Positions 46,750 to 61,800 of a stretch of 64,000 bases of DNA are shown here, in pieces (position 1 is the stretch's first letter; each line of letters starts with the position of its first letter). The stretch comes from Pocillopora damicornis (lineage: Eukaryota). The notes beneath the pieces are model-generated. The model saw only the letters and a program-made list of their open reading frames with translations. It searched no databases and was not told the DNA's origin. The DNA lies in the NCBI RefSeq assembly GCF_003704095.1, contig NW_020846526.1:1-64000 (forward strand), in the 5' to 3' direction. The translations under genes and the position numbers were made by a program.

Positions 46750-49700
46750 ATGGCTATGACGACCTGGATTGTTCTGTTTCTTTCGCTGTCAGCTTTGGTG
46801 CAGAAAAGCTTCGAAGGTAACAAATAATGCACAGAAAATTGGCTAATGTGAATGTTTATGGTTGTTTTCAGATAAAATTATAAGGTGGCCTAACTCCAAT
46901 AAACTAGAAAGATCATGTTCATAATGGAAAGTTCAGTTTTTATGCCTCACCGTAAAGTGAAAACCCTCAGAAGGTATCACCGGTAATACTATTGCTCTGA
47001 CTATCTCTGCTAATAAGAAAATTCCGTATTGTGACCGGCGAGCCCATCAGCAAATTCCTCTAATATGTCAGTTCCTGGTTGTAGTACGCTGTAGTACGAG
47101 CAGTGGTAATAGTATTCTGTAATAGATTTCTTTTTTTAAGTTCTTTAGTCACAAAGAAGAGCTTCAAATCTCTCCATTTGATCTTGAATTAAAGCGTGCA
47201 GTCACATGTAGTTTAAAATAGAGAACGTTGTTCATTTTTACTTGTGATAACTCGTCGAAGTGTAACTTCGAAGTGTAACCGCGTTAACGTGGGAATGTTT
47301 TCCCTAGGCAAGATAATCGCACGAACAAGTTTTTTCCAGTTATTCTCAGCTAGAAGATGTAACTGTGTTTTTGGAATGGAAATTACCATCCCGAAATCAG
47401 TAAACCTACCTGTAAAGTCCTATGACAAGACATTCTGGAAGAATATTCATGCATTTTATTCTTTTGAATAGCGAAACCGACAGCGATCTAGAATTAGGTT
47501 GAAACAGTCAAAATAATAACAAGCATGACCAAGCAATGGTACTTATTATGACTAGCATCTTCTTTCAGAACAAAGCATATGCACTAGTGAAACAGATGTA
47601 GTGTTCATAGTGGATTCCTCGTCAAGCATTCATATTAACAATTTCAATAATCAAATAAAGGACTTTGTGAAGAGGTCAGCAGCGGAATTCGGCGTTGCAC
47701 CGGGCAAGAGTCGCGCAGCAGTTATACTATTCAGTGCGAATGCTGAAGCCAAGATAAAATTTGGTGACGCCCCAACCCTGAAAAGCTTTCAGGCAAAAGT
47801 GGATCACTTGAAGCACCAGAATGGTGTTGCTACACGAATCGACAAAGCCCTGAAATTGGCAAAGGATCTATTTATTCCCGAGTCGAAAGAAAGAAAGGGC
47901 GTAAAGAAGGTTGCACTCCTTCTTACTGATGGGAAACAAACAAACGATCCGGGGACAGACCTAGAAGAAGCATCTAAGCCTTTACACGACGCAAAGGTCG
48001 TTACGATAGCCGTTGGTATTGGCAACAGCGTGGAAGAAACTGAACTGAAGAAGATAGCTAAGAGCAAGAACGATGTGGTTATAACTAAGAACTATACAGA
48101 CCTGCAAAATAAACTTCTGAGCATAATCAGCATTGCCTGTGATGAGGGTAAGTCCATCATATATTAACTCTTTAAATTCACAAGTGATCAATCAAGAAAT
48201 TTTCTCATAAAATCAGAACACTGTTTGACAAACATGTAGTAAGAATAAAGACAGTGTTCAAAAGGGGAATGTGAATTCTCAACGGTTATTGCTTGAGGGA
48301 AATTTTATACATATTGAAATGGAATTTATGAGAGTGTCACAAACATAATTTCTATAGTCAGAACACTCCCCAAAAATTTAAACAAATGTTGTGAACTATT
48401 TCGTATTTTCTTGCAATTTCGATAATCCTTTAGCCCGAGGAGGGTGAAATTCGAGACGCCCCAACAACTTACCATTCTGGGCATGCCAAAGCAATTCTTT
48501 GTTAAATGCCCGATCGATCTAAAGTTTGAAACGCGGGAAAGATGATCATCATAATATGCCAAACCCTGACTATTTCATGCATTCGCTTTATATTGAAAGA
48601 TATGTGATAAGGCAGTATCGAATGTTTCTTGTTCTTGGAATCTATTTTTATGCAGTTCAAGAAAAAATTTTTAGATAAACGAACAGAGCTCTATATATAG
48701 ACTACAAAATTATACGGGAAAGTACATATGTTTGTACCACGATTTTTCCTTGGCGTGCCTCTGAAATTCATAATAAATTCTCAATCTTAAAACAACAATC
48801 TATGAAAGAAAAGAGATTAAGGAAAATCCAGAGAGGATGGCAGATCATTGATGCAAAAATGTTGGAGATATTGCATCATTGTTTGACCTCTTCGTAGGTA
48901 ACTGTGCTTGCTTCAGCGGCTCATCATATATTACCGTTGAAAACTACGAGGATGAAAAGGCCCAAGAACAAGACGACATCCACTTTGAATTCAAGAGCTC
49001 CAAGCCGTTTGGAACAATCATGTTCGTTAAGGGTACCTATGACGACCAAATTCACGTGGAATATAATCATAACGACGAGCTGACGTACCTTGTGGACCTC
49101 GGAAAAGGTAAGGAGATTTTGTAACCGAGATGTAATCGACCGAACTTGTATTGTATGAGATTAAATAAACATTAAATATATATTTGCATGCGATCCACTC
49201 TCAGCAAATCGTTCTTAGAGCAACTTAGAAAAAGAAATGAGAAGAAAAAGTACTGATTTTAAAGAGCTTGAAACAAGATGCTTCAACTTTCAATTTTAAA
49301 AACTGGTTGACGTGGTCACTGTGATTTGTTTCCAGGGAAGAGAAAAATAATGGCAAAGGGCGTGAAGCTGGACGACAACAAATGGCACACGTTTCGACTT
49401 GAGCGAGTTGGACGTTCGTTCAACATAACCATCGACAATGCAAGTAAACCACAAGGTATAAGAGATATAGTTCATGTTATGAGGTCTAGTCAACAAGTTT
49501 TAAAAAAATAACATCAAGCGTAAGCCCTTTTGACGCTTAGTTTTCGTTTTTCACTGATGCATAGATTCGAAAGGTCTCCACGAATCACTATTGTTTATCC
49601 TATCATCCAGACAGAAATCAGTTGCTATGATTTATTCAGACTTTTTAAATAAATTTCTTCATTGGAGAAGCGATTAAGAATAAAGAACTGTTTCGAAAAG

Positions 49701-50360
49701 ATCGTGTTAGTCTGTATTTCTACTTTCGATCAGCAAACTGATCAGCGTCCATCGTGTTCGTGCCGTAATGTAATTGTGCATGAATGCATTTGAACATCAA
49801 CAACACGTGTCTCAAGAACTGATCGTTGATCTGATCTGAACTGTCTGATCGTTGTAACTCAGCACTTGGTGCAGATGTTAATTCTGTAATAATACATTTC
49901 ACTTTCAAATTTGATCTATTTGAAATAGTTGTATTTGTAATCTTTCAATTTTTGCATTGTCATGCATTTTATACATGAGTCTTGGGATCAGATAGAGAAG
50001 ATAATGATTGAATATAAATCAAGGGATTTCCACGAAGTAAGAGATTGTATCTTACTCAACCCATTTTAAATAGATCGGTAAGAAACAAACTTCTGCCTCA
50101 TTTGACTCTTTTCAGTATTATTATTACTATTATTTTTTTCAGCTATTGGAGAAGTTCCCGGAGAATACAACCGTCTCGATATACCAAAATCAAAGGGTTA
50201 TTTCCTGGGCGCGCCGAATTTTCCAAATTTTATTGGCTGCATTCGGGATCTCAAGGTTGATGGAGAAGCAATAATTGCAAATGCTGTGGGGGGAGCAAGC
50301 GGCTACTCAGTTACAAACAAGGATGAAATGAAATTATGCACCGAAAGTGACCAAGAGTAA
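46750..50360 (+). CDS. Secreted vWA + laminin G domain protein (397 aa)
   Basis: Exons: 46750-46816 (signal peptide MAMTTWIVLFLSLSALVQKS), 47569-48147 (vWA: DVVFIVDSSSSI, ATRID, LLTDGK, IAVGIG; MIDAS residues present), 48898-49107, 49336-49455 (LDDNKWHTFRLER), 50143-50360 (NFIGCIRDLKVDG...C). All introns phase 1; AATAAA at 50501. Confidence 0.9.
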
Positions 50361-50785
50361 GACTAAGCACTGCCACAAGGCAATTGATTTTAAAGTAAAC
50401 TGAGAATATGTAATTGTAATTGTAAATGTAGCCGAAAGACAAGTGATCCAGCAGGAAATTTGTTGCAATTGTGCATGATTCTTTGCAACGAAAGCAATGT
50501 AATAAAAGCTACTAATCTATGCTATGATTTGATTGTTGTAAATAATTCATTTAACATGATCAAGACTACAGGTATATGCCAAATTGGCTTATGATATTGG
50601 CTCAGCGGTTTTTTTTCTTGAGTCGCGAACAAGGTATCAACGTGGCGGTACTTGGTATGCATGAGTGGCACTCAACTATTTCTAAATCTTAGCAATTTGT
50701 TAGTAGTAACTTACTTGATAACGTGAATTGGCCTCTGTAAAGAGTTTCCAAGCTTTGAAACTATGCACTAAATTACTCTGTTATA

Positions 50786-50822
<37 letters not shown>

Positions 50823-53800
50823 ATTGCCCTCTTTATTTATTTTTAAATCTTGTTATGAAAATTCTTCACTTGCAACCATTTACACGACTTATTTCTTAAA
50901 AGAGAAGCGAGAATTTTCTCACTGGGACAAGGTTAAGAGGCCTCGGAGAGCCTCCCCTCCCCCCTTTCTCCCCTCCCCCTCCCCTCCCTCTGTCCCAAGC
51001 ACGGCCCAGAATATCTCATACTCTTCTATAAGTTCAGCTGTTTTGGTTCCCATATCCTCTTCAATTAACCTTTAATAGTTTTTTTTTCAGTGAATTGCGT
51101 GATGTATGAAAACTGTCCGGATGTTTTATGTTTTCCTTTTGACAATTTTTTTTCTAATCCTAAAGCAGAAGCTACAAATCAGCGCTCTATAAAACTCATG
51201 AAAAATAGAACAAGACTTACATTTTTCTAAAGGGATCGACTGATGTAAAAGATTAAAATTTGCTGTACAGAAGAATGATTGATTTTTTTTCCATAAGTGC
51301 CAAGGGATATTTAAAAAATTGGACAAATAAACTAGTTTAGCAAACAAAGATAAAACATTCAACACATTTCGATTTCCTTGCTGTTCATGTTCAGGATTTT
51401 TTTTTTTTTTTTTCATTATTATCATATTTCTTCTTTTTTGTGCTTTGTTTTGGATCATTCTTTAATTTAATTTCAATTTAATTTTTCACCGGATATTTGT
51501 ATATAGCAGCCAAAGGATAAGCATAGACGTCAAATCTGTGGAACATCTCAGAGAAAAAAACTGATAACTTTTGTTGTTTTGAAACGCTGCAAAAATCACT
51601 TCCACGCTTTATTTATTTTCGTTCCCCACGGATTCCTAACTACCTCCTGCTGAGGAATCAAATTGGAATCCATTACACTGGGCGTGATAGCTAATTAGGT
51701 CAAATGCATTTAGCTCGGTGATTAAAAATGTAAGAAAAACATAAATATTGAAAGAGAAGCGGAACTCAGAGGAGCAGAATTACAAGAGATATGGGAAACT
51801 GAAATTCATCGAGTAGCTATCACAAGAGGCATCCAATAGAATAAAAATTGTTGGTATCTTTCGTTAATTATCAGTTAGATCCCAGTTATTGCTGTTCAGT
51901 AATTTTGATTTTGTAATTCCGTTTACAGAGGATGAATATTTATCAGCTTATATTTCACTGATATTCCAACCCGAAATCAATATTCCTCCATTGACAGCCT
52001 AGGGCTCATGTCACATAAGTTTTGGACGATGATAAATAAAATTTTGTTTTCGGAGAATCCTTTTTTTGTTTATTTTTTTCCTAATCTAAGAAATAGTTCG
52101 GTCCTCAGTTGCTACTGGTGCTTAGTGCAATTTAATTCAAGAACCGAAGGAGAGCTGTTGGACTTCTCTAAGAAAATGATCAGAGATAAACATATGCAGA
52201 ATGTGTGCGACAAAATTACTTCATTTGCAGAATACAGCAAAATAACAGGGAGGAATGGAATGTTCTCCAATTTTTATCTTCTTCCTTCTCTAGATGGCGA
52301 AAGTTTGTACTTTGGCCTCTTGACTCAGATTCTTGTGATTGAAAGAAGAAGGCGTGGATTGTGGGAAGAGGTTGATGACGCTTGCGTGTAAAAGGGGCGA
52401 AGTTCATGATCAATTTTTGTGTCCTTTCGGAGTCACGGGCTACTGATTAAGTTTATTCAGCTTGTAGATCAAGAATACAACTCCCGATCATCATAGTTAT
52501 CCTACATCAAGACGTTGTTAGTGATTGTTAGTGATTATGATCAAGTATTCCGACCGTCTGTTTGATTGCATGGAAGTCCTGTTCAGCATGGCAGTCCTGT
52601 AAAATCAGCTAGTGCGCTTGTTAGCTTGAGTTAATCTTTTCTGGTTTAACAGCATTTTCTCTTCCCTTTAAAGTTCCAGAAAGGTATACTTTTTTGAACA
52701 CCAAGTAATACAGGTTATAATTAGATTTGAGTGTTTCCTGTAAGGAAGAAAAAAAAAACAATCTGAAGACTGGCTGAACCTGACCAAATTTGGAAACAAA
52801 TTGCTTTTCTAAACCTATAAGTACACTTCTATGTCATTCAAAGTCTGTGATAAGCTTCAAAAGATTCAAAACAAAAAGACAAGACCATAAAAATTTGTGA
52901 TTTACATAACAAAACATTTAGTCTGCCGTGAGCCTTGCCCGTTGCTCGAGTTTTGACCCCGCTTTCCGGTAAGTTTCATAACGCCCTCATCACTCCAGAA
53001 AGTTCAATTTGGACTGAAAGTTATATTTGGTGTTAGTTGTTTAAAAGTACCCGAAAAGAGCCGTGAAGAAAGAGTTCATTCAGAGGCTGACACGACAAGA
53101 CAATTTAGCCTTCAGACGTTTGGAGAATCTGTGGTGAAGCCGATAAAAGGTTAGTACGTAGTCTTACTAATGTTTAGTGAAATCGCTATTGTTTTGCCCT
53201 TCATGCCTTCAGTTGAGTAATATTGGTTGTCAGTAATGATCGCGTCTCTAAGTTTCCTGCGTATCCTGTAGTATCCGACTGTGGTAGATCTAGTTAGAGC
53301 ATTGTTCCTCTCTCATATGTCGAGCTGAATAAACAAACTTGTGTCGATAACAGAAATCCTAGATTACTCTAAAGATGTTTCTGGATGCCAAACTAGTTTG
53401 TCGTTGTCTTTCCGCGGGACAAATAAATTTTAAAGGGAAGCATGTCAGCAAGGGCGTTCCTACACCATCCTTCAACCAGTTAGAATTTATTCATAGTGCA
53501 GTTGTTTGGTAGAATGCTTTAAAAATTTTAATCTCCAAGAACTCACTACACTGTAAAGTTGACATTTAGTGTTTAGGAAGTTTTATGGCTGGATTTGTTG
53601 CTTACGAAAACATCACCGGGTTTAATAATTGTAACTTGTTATTCATCGCGTTGTTTTTAACTTAACTGCGTGGCATCTGGTGTAATGATAGTACCAATAA
53701 CAGAAATTTGAATATAAATGACACTAAATGAACCCTGAAGTAAAGATCTATTTACGTCAAGAGAAAATAATGTTTAACTGCATTTGATGCTATTTAATTG

Positions 53801-54743
53801 CGTAACGACTCCATAAATCTCTGTACTGCACTCGTACTGTGCGAGTTTCATTAAGTTTTTCACATTTGTATACGAATCCCCAAGCTGGGTTCGATTTTGT
53901 GTAATACTGTAATCTCGTAATAACTATGCTGTAAAGGTTAGTATTATGGCATTCAAAGAGATCATTTGTTCATATCTTCTCTAAACAATACGCTAAAGTT
54001 GCATTGTTTTGGCCTCAGGGTGAATTTCAAATTATATAACTTTCTCGCATCCCACTGTCACCGTCGTGAAGTACTCAAAGTCAAATCAGTATAAAAATAT
54101 TTTTTGGTGTCATTGACAAGGCAATATTTTGATCAGACAGGGACACGCGAACAGTTTCGGACTTCAATGCTTTTCCTAACAGATCCAAAGTATAGATTTT
54201 TGCGCCAGGACATTTAGTGTACAAAGTTAGGTTTCATTTTAGATTTTAATGCCAAACTTTCATTTCATGGCCTTGCTACTATATTCTTGTTATAAAGTTC
54301 GTACTGAGTTGTCGAGCTTTTACAGAAAAACTGAGGTTATATGGCGTGACAATGATAATTTGTCATCTCTTTCACTGCGTTATTTCCGGCTTACCGTGTG
54401 CCGCTGTCTGACTAGTATGAATTTCCTGTCAGCTCATGAGCATTACGCAATTGTAATCAAACCTGGAGTTTGTTTTGGGTGCATCCGTTCGAAGGAAAGT
54501 TCTGCTAACTAGCGGGACACGTTTCGCCCTTCAGTCTCACTGGTCAGTCATTTAATTCATATTTGTTAATTATTTTAAGTATATAACGACATATCTATGC
54601 TTCTGCTCGAGTCTCATTTTTTCTTTGCTTTTGTTTTTTTGAGAAAACATTCCTGCACGGAAACGAGTGATATTAAAATGAGGTGATCATAATACTGAAA
54701 ACTTTCTATGAAACATCTCCTTATAACGTCAATTTTAGGACTA

Positions 54744-54846
54744 GATAATTTGGCTCTATCAACTGAGTTGATGATGTATCTATAGGCCATCTTGCAGAGT
54801 TTCAGAGTTGACATTTTGAGGGTTAGCCCTTCGTCAGAGCGAAATT
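54744..54846 (-). mobile_element. Penelope-related repeat fragment with hammerhead-like core
   Basis: The minus strand reads TTCGCT-CTGACGA-AGGGCTAACCCTC-AAAA-TGTC-AACT followed by the ATCAACTCAGTTGATA tail. Confidence 0.7.
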
Positions 54847-55638
54847 TTACGACTCGTTTGATATTCAACCTAAAGTCGCAAGACCAAAGCAAAAATGGCT
54901 GAAAATCTGAAGGAAAAACTACATGTCTGTGTTTGTGTTCACTTAGAGCGCCATGGTCAAAAATGAATTCTTTTAGAGTCATAGATGGGAGGAACGTTTT
55001 AACGCTAGAAACAAATGTACTTCCTCTTTACTTTACTTAAAATAGCAATTACAGGGGTGCCAAAAAATTAAACTTATCTGTAGGGAGTGTGTGAGAAATC
55101 CACCTGACTGAAAGTAATATCGGGGGTCATTTCTTTCTATAATGCTGATGTGGTTGTACGTACAACAAACTTGATCGTGTGGGTGAAAGTGCACTTGTAA
55201 CTTGATACCTTGTTCGGCCTTTGTACGAAGATCAAAAACAAATGGAGCTTGGAATATAAATAGAAATTACGACGCCTTTCTGTTTTTATAATTCATTTTG
55301 TGGAACGAGATGATTTTCGCCTATTTCAATTGGTATTCCTCAGTAGCGAAGTCTCAAATAGTTTTTCGTAAGTTTTCATTTAACTTTTTCAGCATCACTT
55401 TCACTAAAAAAAACTTTAGTTAAGTTGAAACCGGCTATCAAAAGATGATCCATGTCCTCCTAAACTATCTTATTTATTTCTATTGCACCCCATGAAAACA
55501 TTACTAGTTCGGTATCCTTTACAGAAATAAGCTTATTTACTCTTCCGCCGAAAGTTCAAACAACGCTATTTTTCTCCGCGCCCGCTGTGTCTGAATGGAA
55601 GAACAGGAAATTCTTGCTTTTTTAGGAGACTTTAAGGA

Positions 55639-55723
55639 GCCAGTCGCATAGTTGACGCTTGTACCATGGGAGAGGATGGGTGGGCCAGTCGCATAGTTGA
55701 CGCTTGTGCCATGAGAGAGGATG
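55639..55723. repeat. Two-copy 45-bp tandem repeat
   Basis: GCCAGTCGCATAGTTGACGCTTGT(A/G)CCATG(G/A)GAGAGGATGG at 55639 and 55684. Confidence 0.9.
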
Positions 55724-57367
55724 GCTCCTATGGTCCACGACTCAATGTTTTTCGAAAATTGATCCGGATTTAATGCGCTTACTGGTGTGCATGGCAGCAA
55801 CAAATTTCATCAGTTTTTGTCTTTTCTGGGTTATCTTATGTATCGTAAAATAGGTGTGCTTTGGGGTTTTTATGTTGTTGACAATTTTGTAATGCAGCCG
55901 CAAGAATTAAATTCCAGCGTTTCGCTTCGGGGGAGGAGAGGGGTGCCAACACCCGAACAACATGGCAGTAATTAAACAATGACATGTTTCAAGACTTGTA
56001 TAGACTATCGCTATTTCACAAAATGTTGATTTACAAAATTTTTACAAAAAATTCCTACCATATTTAGTAATTGGCACTGTCAATTACTTTTTTTTTTTAG
56101 CCAGCTCGGTTTTAGAGTTTCTTTAAGAGCCGAAAAGTAGGTATACGCTTTAATTAATTTCATTAATTAAACAATGAAAGCGAAAAAAAGGTTATGCCAT
56201 ATAATTCCTACAAATGTAATGTAAAACTATTTTACATGTGGTACAGTTAGCAAATCCACGCCAAGATTAAGAGCTTGTTGCCATCACTGCGATTTTGTTA
56301 CAGGCGCTCCTTGATAAAATCCGCTCAGCACGAGAAGAATAGTGAGGTGCAGTTACTGAAAGATTATGAGATAAACTGATCTTTCTTTCACTTTGTGCAT
56401 TCCCTCTTCAGAAATATCAACAACTCGCGTGGTGGTCGTTTGAAGAGTGGTGCTTTCCTGTTCACGTTATAATTGTTTCACCGCAAAATATGTCTTAATT
56501 CTCGACCAATCAGAGCGCGTATATCCTCATAACCACCTTACCTAAGAAATCAATAAACATTAATTTTTCGCATGAAGTAACTCCACAGCGAACTTGTTCT
56601 TTCCAAAGAAGATTCACAGATTTTTGGTTATTTCTTGAGAGAAGCGTTTTTCTTTCTTTCTTCATCTCTTTCATTCTTCCTCTTTTTTTCTTCCTCTTTA
56701 AAACTGGACAACAAAAGGCTATTTCATGCTGGAAAATACTTCGGAAAAGCCATATGCTCGCCGGGCTAGCGGACGAATGATGGATATCATTGCGGCTTTG
56801 GTGATTTTTCTTGATGAAAGTTAGTGAAGGAAGAGTGAGAAGACTATTTTCATTTAGGTCAGGTCGTCTGTGGTTTCTAGGTATTTATGCTTTTAAAATC
56901 ATCTCACTGATATTGTATATCGTCGAAAAATTCTCTTCATTTAATTGGCCATAACTCCAACTCTTCATCTCTATGGTTTTTAATGATTATTGTAAAATCA
57001 TACCACGGAGCAGCAAAATTGCCTCCTGAAATTAACTACAGTGTGTTTGGTTTCAATTAGCGCTCGTTTCATGATCGGCTTCTAGTCTTTGAATGAGATG
57101 TCTTTGTTAAGAAACCATGGGTAAACTTTTTCCATCAGTTTGTTCTAACCTACGATACTGTGCAATCAATCTCGAATAAGGATTACGCTGATTACACGAA
57201 TAAAAATGTCTTTGAAGCCTGAATTCTACTGTTAGTCTGATGCATTCTCATTGAAAGTAGACAAATTTAACAGTGCCACTTAGATTCATTGACAGATGCA
57301 AAACAACTAACAGCGTTTGTCGCGTTCATATTGAAAATAAGGAAAATAGCTTTCTTTGCTTGCTCCT

Positions 57368-57579
57368 TTAATCCTTTAACTCCCAAGATCTCATTAGTAA
57401 TTCTTCTTACTGTCTACCATATAGTTCTTGTGATGTCAGTTTAGAGAATTTGGTATTGGATCAATGAATAATCCCCTAATTCATATTTTTCTTTATTCTC
57501 ATCTCTTGTCTGCTTGATATTGTAATGATGCTGGAAGGAGAAATTCTGTCTTGGTCACACATGGTAATTAAAGGGTTAA
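57368..57579. mobile_element. 212-bp TTAA-flanked MITE (piggyBac-like ends)
   Basis: TTAA-TCCTTTAACT...AATTAAAGGG-TTAA. Related copies at 42432, 60408, 63512 and 24850, and probably 34246-34417 and 48164-48335. Confidence 0.88.
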
Positions 57580-58890
57580 GTTGTTCTGTCCTAGTTTAAG
57601 GTGATTTGTTATATCCTGGCAAAAATCAAACTAATGACAGCCCAACACGAAAGCTTTTAATTTGACGGTCCCCGTGTGAGGTATTTTCACTCATGATCAT
57701 TTCTCTGTGAGAGGCCCGCAGAAAAACATAAATGGTTCATGTCATAATGATCTGTACTTCCTTTGGCCCCTTAACCGATGGTTAAGTAAACAGTTAACAA
57801 TATATTTGAATACGTTCGGTCAGGAGATTTGTGTGATGCCTCAGGGTTGATGAGTAAACAGTCGGTGCCTAACACAAGATCGACACATCACACTTTAATG
57901 CGGTTGGTGGCTGGCAGAGGAAACAATCTGAACATGGATTTCTCTTTAACCTAAAACTCTCATCATCGTTGCTAACATTAGGGAGAAGTACTAGATATTG
58001 AGCTTAGCTCGTGTCAAGTTTTCCTGTGAGATACAAGACTGCAGCAAATTATCAAGTGGTTTCTAAAGAAATGGTTGTACTCAGTCTGGAGGGATCATTT
58101 TGATCGAGCTGGCTGAAGTAACAATTTTCTTTGAAATATTATCTTAATGTGGGGCTCAGAAAATTTAATTAACTTAGTTAAACAGGAAATCATACGGTCA
58201 ATATCCCGGGTGAAAAATTACAACACCGCATCACGTAATACTTACAAAGATTTCTAGTACAGTATCTCTAAATTGCCAAAAAAAAAAAAATACTGTTCGA
58301 TATTGTGAGTGTGCGAAAACAGCTCCGAGAGAAGTGGATTTCAATCGGATGACAGCTTTTACGTCTAAAGGTTAAAATTTTGGCCAATTTTTGGCTAACA
58401 GTCAACATCTTTCCATTGTTGTCACCAGAAATATGTTTTTGTGTGAACTTTTTTAACGCCTAACGGTTAAACTTATGGCTGTTTTACGGCTAGCGGTTAA
58501 CCCCATTGAGACCCTCTTAGAAAATCACCTTAAGACTAAAACAAGTTTGTCTTCTGGTGTCGAGAATAGTTGATGGAAGCAATCTTATTTTTGCAAAGGT
58601 GATCAAATGTTGCTTCAGACTGCATGTTTTTAATTTCACCGTCTTTGAATACCAACCACAACATCAGTCACGGCAATTTAACACCGTCTGCTTTGTAAGC
58701 CAATATTGCCTCTTAAATGAAGTTTTGGCAGATATTGATGTTAACGCCTCTTGTGAATGAAATGAAATTAACCTGGTTGAGTTTAGACCACTTGTGTTTG
58801 GGAGTTTTGAGGAGAGCATAATCGTGGGCGTCCAACACACTCGAAAGTTAAAATACACTGCTTTCATTCTGATTTCAGGCGACAAAAACC

Positions 58891-61800
58891 ATGACGAAGA
58901 GGATATTTCTGTGTCTTTCACTTGTTGCGTTGGTGGACCAAATCATGGGTGAGTAGAAAATTAGTCAGCATAAAAAGCGAACTCGGAAAACTTAACGCCA
59001 CTGGAATAAGCTCAGAAAAGAAGCCTCTAACTTGTACGTACAAAAACCTTTTCTTTGTTCCACTTCAGTTATACGAGCTAATATTTCTCTGGTAGAGCTC
59101 TTCCACGCTATTAATTTTTAATTTCACGCCTTTCTCCAGGGTTTCTTATCAAATTGATCAAGAACTCTGCAATAGGTTTTCCTTATAACTTGTAAGTTCG
59201 TCATTCGTTCANNNNNNNNNNTAAAAAATATCAAATCTGTTTTTCATTTAAGAAATATGTAATTAATGAAAAATTGAATTAAGAAAAGATATTTTAGTCG
59301 AGCGCCATATGTCATTTCCGGAAACACTTAAAATTAACTGTTAATTGCGAAATGTAAACCATAGAGGGATTCTAGAATTTACGAATGGTGGTTAACACTA
59401 GTTATTGACATATTAATGAACTAAACAGTCGAACTGATTTCTTCCCTGATCCAAACTTAGGTATTGTAAATTGCTGACCCCTGATGGTCGGTTATTTTTT
59501 CCTTTCATAGTCACGCAAAGTGTCCGATTTAATTACGGATAAATGTTTTCTATAGTGGATTCCAGTTGTACAATGTCTATAATCTATAGTCTACCATCCA
59601 TATTAATGGACTTGATGGTCAAGTTATGTTGACTTTTGTTTAAAATATTACCCTGTAACGAACAAAGTCTTGCATTCCTTCTCTCGTTGATGATTCTGCT
59701 ATCGTCACGGACTAAATTTTTAGCTTGAAATGTATTTTTGAAGTTCAGAACTGAATGGTACATCGGTGGCGTATTTTTTTAGAAAAGTTCTTAAATGATG
59801 AAACGTTCTTAAATGATGAAACATTCTTAAATGATGAAACGTTCTTAAATGATGAAACGTTCTTAAATGATGTGTTATCAAAACCTATCGAATGCATGAA
59901 AAAGTATCCTTATGAGTTTAAAAGTAGATCACCCGTATCTCTCAGTTAGTAAGCGCACTTAGATTGGTCAATTCAACCTGCCGTATTTCATTGTCCGGCC
60001 CGCTAAATTGAATACATATAATAAATATCTTACTAACCTTGTTTTTCTCGGTCCATACTGTAAGTAACGGAACCTCTAATTCGGTGAGTAAGAACTACTT
60101 ACAACTTGTGATAATTGCTCTTAGGGATCTCTGTATGTCCTTCTCGTGAGATTCAGGCCACTCAAGGGGAAGTCACTTCCCCGAATTTTCCAGATGCCTA
60201 CCCTTCTGATGTAAACTGTGTTCTGACCATTGATGGTGGAAACAGTGTTAAAATCAAGCTGAAGTTTGAACATTTTGAAGTTGAAGAAGACGATAATGGT
60301 AAGTGCATTATAAACTAAACTTTTTCATTTGCATTATTTGTTAAAAGTCTTTTAAATATCAAGTTGTGCTAAATTTCTAATGTTCGCATAACTTTCTAAA
60401 GGTATTATTAACCCTTAAACTCCCAAGATCTGGTTGTGAAATCTCCCCTCTAGCTGCTGTGCATTTCCTTGTAAATTAGTAACAAGAAATTGGTGTTAGA
60501 TCAACAGAGCAATTTCTACATTATAAGTTTAAGCATTCTCTTTACCTGTTGGCTGAATAATGTATGAACACTATAAGGGGAAGTTACATGTTAATCAAAT
60601 CTGGTAGTTAGGGGGCTAATCAAGAACGTATCGCTAATAGCATGGCTCAATTTCTTCGTAGAAATTTCCAATTTAGATGTAATATTCCGCGCAAACATAG
60701 AATTAATACCGTGGCCGACAGCACAGCAAACAATTGGCTTTTGCGTCGCTTTAAGGCGCGCTGCGCACTCCTCTAATAACTTATGTGTGAGCTTCTGAGA
60801 GTAAACATTTTTTACGCGAGCGAAGATTTAAACTGTAAACCGATATAACTTATTTCGTAGATCCAAACGAGTGTAACTATGACGCTGTGACCATCATCGA
60901 TGGCCCAAGAACCTCTCGATACTGTGGCAGAAGAACTCCCCCGGAGTATACATCGACAGGAAATAAGATTTCCATCGGCTTTAAGTCGGACGAATCTTTT
61001 GAGATTAAAGGTTTCAACATCTCGTTCACCTCCTTCGCTGTTGAGACAGATCGTAAGTAAAATTGATTTGTGAGGGTAACTGGTCACTTCAACGACAACC
61101 AACTCGCGAACACCTTTGGTCGACTCGCCCACGCCTTTAATCAACTCGCCCTCAGTTGGCAAGTTGAGTACCCGGCCACTTCGAGTTGACCAAAGGTGTC
61201 GGCGAGTCGACCAATGGTGTCGCCGAGTTGGTTATCGGCGGGTTGACATGTCGGCGAGGTGACAAATGCTCAAAATGAACATCTGCCAAACGCTTCATTT
61301 CCTTAACATTCAAGATTAAATGTTTTTAACTGAGAAGCTCGGGCATGAGGGAACACTCTCTTGTGGGTATGGAGAAGCTGATATTGTAGTGTATGGTATA
61401 ATATAGTGTGGTACGGTTCAGTACGATATGGCTTCGTTTTGGTGCGATACAGGTATCTTTCGATATGATATGGTACGATTTGGTACGATAAGGGTATGTT
61501 TCGGTACGATATGGTACGGTTCGGTACGATATGGATATGTTTCGGTCCCATATGGTACGATTCGGTACGATGTGGATATGTTTCGGTACATTATGGTAGG
61601 GTTCGGTACGATACGGGTATGTTTTGGTCCGATAAGGTACGATTCGGTACGATATGGGTATGTATCGGTACGATACGGTACGGTTCTGAATGACACGGGT
61701 ATGTTTCGGTACGATGTGGTACGGTTCGGTACGATACGGATACAGTTCGGTACGATACGGGTATATTTCGGTGCGATGTGGTGTAGTAGGTTATGGTTCG

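Noticed and set aside
59755-59949. ORF with FLNDET repeats; CRISPR-like appearance of this and other short arrays (3139, 6034, 55639)
   Set aside because: Head-to-tail minisatellites with no unique spacers and no cas genes, in eukaryotic DNA.
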